In this document: positions 60,901 through 64,000 of the stretch, piece after piece
Position numbering within the stretch: the first letter of the stretch is position 1
Layout: the number at the start of each line of letters is the position of its first letter
DNA from: Malacoraja senta
Taxonomy: Eukaryota
Assembly: GCA_038087875.1 (NCBI GenBank)
Contig: JAXLNO010000672.1
Location: 1 to 64,000 of the forward strand
Length of the DNA: 64,000 bases
Direction: 5' to 3'
Notes under the pieces: model-generated
Seen by the model: only the letters and a program-made list of their open reading frames with translations
Told to the model about the DNA's origin: nothing
Database searches by the model: none
Translations under genes and position numbers: made by a program

Positions 60901-63900
60901 GCCTTGTGTAATTGATAAGTTGGTTTGAGAATGCCAAAGTTGCCTTGCCTAATTGAAAAGTGCATTTGAGAATGCTTTGCCTATTTGAAAAGTTGATTTG
61001 AGAATGTCTTGCCGAATTGAAAACTTGGGTTGAGAATGCTAAAGTTGCCTTGCCTAATTGAAAAGTTGGTTTGAGAATGCCAAAGTTGCCTTGCCTAATT
61101 GAAAAGTTGGTTTGAGAATGCCAAAGTTGCCTTGCCTAATTGAAAAGTTGGTTTCAGAATGCCAATGTTGCCTTGCTTAATTGAAAATTTTGTTTGAGAA
61201 TGCCAAAGTTGCCTTGCCTAATTGAAAAGTTGGAGAATGCCAAAGTTGCTTTGCCTAATTGAAAAGTTGGTTTGAGAATGCCAAAGTTGCCTTGCCTAAT
61301 TGAAAAGTTAGCTTGATAATGCCAAAGTTGCCTTGCCTAATTGAAAAGTTGGTTTGAGAATGCCAAAGTTGCCTTGCCTAATTGAAAAGTTGGTTTGAGA
61401 ATGCCAAAGTTGCCTTGCCTCATTGAAAAGTTGGTTTGAGAATGCCAAAGTTGCCTTGCCTAATTGAAAAGTTGGTTTGAGAATGCCAAAGTTGCCTTGC
61501 CTAATTAAAAAGTTGGTTTGAGAATGCGTTGCCTAATTGAAAAGTTAGTTTGATAATGCCAAAGTTGCCTTGCCTAATTGAAAAGTTGGAGAATGCCAAA
61601 GTTGCTTTGCCTAAATGAAAAGTTGGTTTGAGAATGCCAAAGTTGCCGTGCGTAATTGAAAAGTTGGTTTGAGAATGCCAAGGTTGCCTTGCCTAATTGA
61701 AAAGTTTGTTTGAGAATGCCAAAGTTGCTTTGCCTAATTGAAAAGTTGGTTTGAGAATGCCAAAGTTGCCTTGCCTAATGGAAAAGTTGGTTTGAGAATG
61801 CCAAAGTTGCCTTGCCTAATTGAAAAGTTGGTTTGAGAATGCCAAAGTTGCCTTGCCTAATTGAAAAGTTGGTTTGAGAATGCCAGATGCCTTGCGTAAT
61901 TGATAAGTTGGTTTGAGAATGCCTAAGTTGCCTTGCCTAATTGAAAAGTGCGTTTGAGAATGCTTTGCCTATTTGAAAAGTTGATTTGAGAATGCCTTGC
62001 CGAATTGAAAAGTAGGGTTGAGAATGCTAAAGTTGCCTTGCCTATTTGAAAAGTTGTTTTGAGAATGCTAAAGTTGCCTTGCCTAAGTGAAAAGTTGGTT
62101 TGAGAATGCTAAAGTTGCCTTGCCTAATTGAAAAGTTGATTTGAGAATGCCTTGCCTAATTGAAAAGTTGGTTTGAGAATGCCAAAGTTGCCTTGCCTAA
62201 TTAAAAAGTTGGTTTGATAATGTCAAAGTTGCCTTGCCTAATTGAAAAGTTGGTTTGAGAATGCCAAAGTTGCCTTGCCTAATTGAAAATTTGGTTTGAG
62301 AATGCATTGCCTAATTGAAAAGTTGGTTTGAGAATGCTAAAGTTGCCTTGCCTAATTGAAAAGTTGGTTTGAGAATGCTAATGTTGCCTTGCCTAATTGA
62401 AAAGGTGATTAGAGAATGCCTTGCATAATTGAAAAGTTGGTTTGAGAATGCCAAAGTTGCCTTGCCTAATTGAAAAGTTGGTTTGAGAATGCCAGATGCC
62501 TTGCGTAATTGAAAAGTTGGTTTGAGAATGCCAAAGTTGCCTTGCCTAATTGAAAAGTTGGTTTGAGAATGCCAAATTTGCCTTGCCTAATTGAAAAGTT
62601 GGTTTGAGAATGCCAAAGTTGCAGTGCCTAATTGAAAAGTTGGTTTGAGAAGGCCAAAGTTGCCTTGCCTAATTGAAAAGTTCATTTGAGAATACCAAAG
62701 TTGCCTTGCCTAATTGAAAAGTTTGTTTGAGAATGCCAAAGTTGCTTTGCCTAATTGAAAAGTTGGTTTGAGAATGCCAAAGTTGCCTTGCCTAATTGAA
62801 AAGTTGGTTTGAGAATGCTAAAGTTGCCTTGCCTAACTCAAAAGTTGGTTTGCGAATGCTTTGCCTATTTCAAAGGTTGATTTGAGAATGCCTTGCCTAA
62901 TTGAAAAGTTGGGTTGAGAATGCTAAAGTTGCCTTGCCTAGTTGAAAAGTTGGTTTGAGAATGCTAATGTTGCCTTGCCTAATTGAAAAGTTGATTTGCG
63001 AAGGACTTGCCTAATTGAAAAGTTGGTTTGAGAATGCCAAAGTTGCCTTGCCTAATTGAAAAGTTCATTTGAGAATGCCAAAGTTGCCTTGCCTAATTGA
63101 AAAGTTGGTTTGAGAATGCCAAAGTTGCCTTGCCTAATTGAACAGTTGGTTTGAGAATGCCAAAGATGCCTTGCGTAATTGATAAGTTGGTTTGAGAATG
63201 CCAAAGTTGCCTTGCCTAATTGAAAAGTGCGTTTGAGAATGCTTTGCCTATTTGAAAAGTTGATTTGAGGATGCCCTGCCGAATTGAAAAGTTGGGTTGA
63301 GAATGTTAAAGTTGCCTTGCCTAATTGAAAAGTTGATTTGAGAATGCCTTGCCTAATTGAAAAGTTGGTTTGAGAATGCCAAAGTTGCCTTGCCTAATTG
63401 AAAAGTTGGTTTGAGAATGCCAAAGTTGCCTTGCCTAATTGAAAAGATGGTTTGAGAATGCCAAAGTTGCCTTGCCTAATTAAAAAGTTAATTTGAGAAT
63501 GCCAAAGTTGCCGTGCCTAATTGAAAGGTTGGTTTGAGAATGCCAAAGCTGCGTTGCCTAATTGAAAAGTTGGTTTGAGAATGCTAAAGTTGCCTTGCCT
63601 AATTCAAAAGTTGGTTTGTGAATGCTTTGCCTATTTGAAAGGTTGATTTGAGAATGCCTTGCCTAATTGAAAAGTTGGGTTGAGAATGCTAAAGTTGCCT
63701 TGCCTAATTGAAAAGTTGGTTTGAGAATGCTAAAGTTGCCTTGCCTAATTGAAAAGTTGGTTTGAGAATGCCAAAGTTGCCATGCCTAATTGAAAGGTTG
63801 GTTTGAGAATGCCAAAGTTGCCTTGCCTAATTGAAAAGTTGGTTTGAGAATGCTTTGCCTATTTGAAAAGTTTATTTGAGAATGCCTTGCCGAATTGAAA

Positions 63901-64000
63901 AGTTGGGTTGAGAATGCTAAAGTTGCCTTGCCTATTTGAAAAGTTGTTTTGAGAATGCTAAAGTTGCCTTGCCTAAGTGAAAATTTGATTTGAGAATGCT
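45926..64000. repeat. 41-bp satellite array with higher-order structure, extending beyond the window
   Basis: Consensus gagaatgccaaagttgccttgcctaattgaaaagttggttt; diagnostic variants recur at about 2.5-kb spacing. Confidence 0.98.

Noticed and set aside
42190..64000. CRISPR array
   Set aside because: Head-to-tail monomers with no unique spacers, no cas genes, and a eukaryotic context.

Overview
Eukaryotic repeat-dominated DNA. It is most likely from a cartilaginous fish (skate, ray or shark), inferred from the HE1-type V-SINE and HER1/CR1-type LINE landscape. No intact host gene is supportable. Bases 1-41,750 are a mosaic of nested mobile elements: CR1 LINEs, Rex1/Babar LINEs, an RTE LINE, Penelope-like elements with minimal hammerhead-ribozyme motifs, Harbinger-type MITEs, a MULE-like foldback element, a probable Academ-like DNA transposon relic about 10 kb across that hosts a four-level nest, and class I (epsilon/gamma-like) ERV pol and env remnants. 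From 41,753 a Helitron-like 5' module grades into a 41-bp satellite that runs to the window end. The satellite has a ~2.5-kb higher-order repeat and carries a young 5'-truncated L1 with an uninterrupted ORF2 frame, a poly(A) tail and a 12-bp TSD. All family assignments come from motif recognition by eye, not database searches. Coordinates of degraded elements are approximate.
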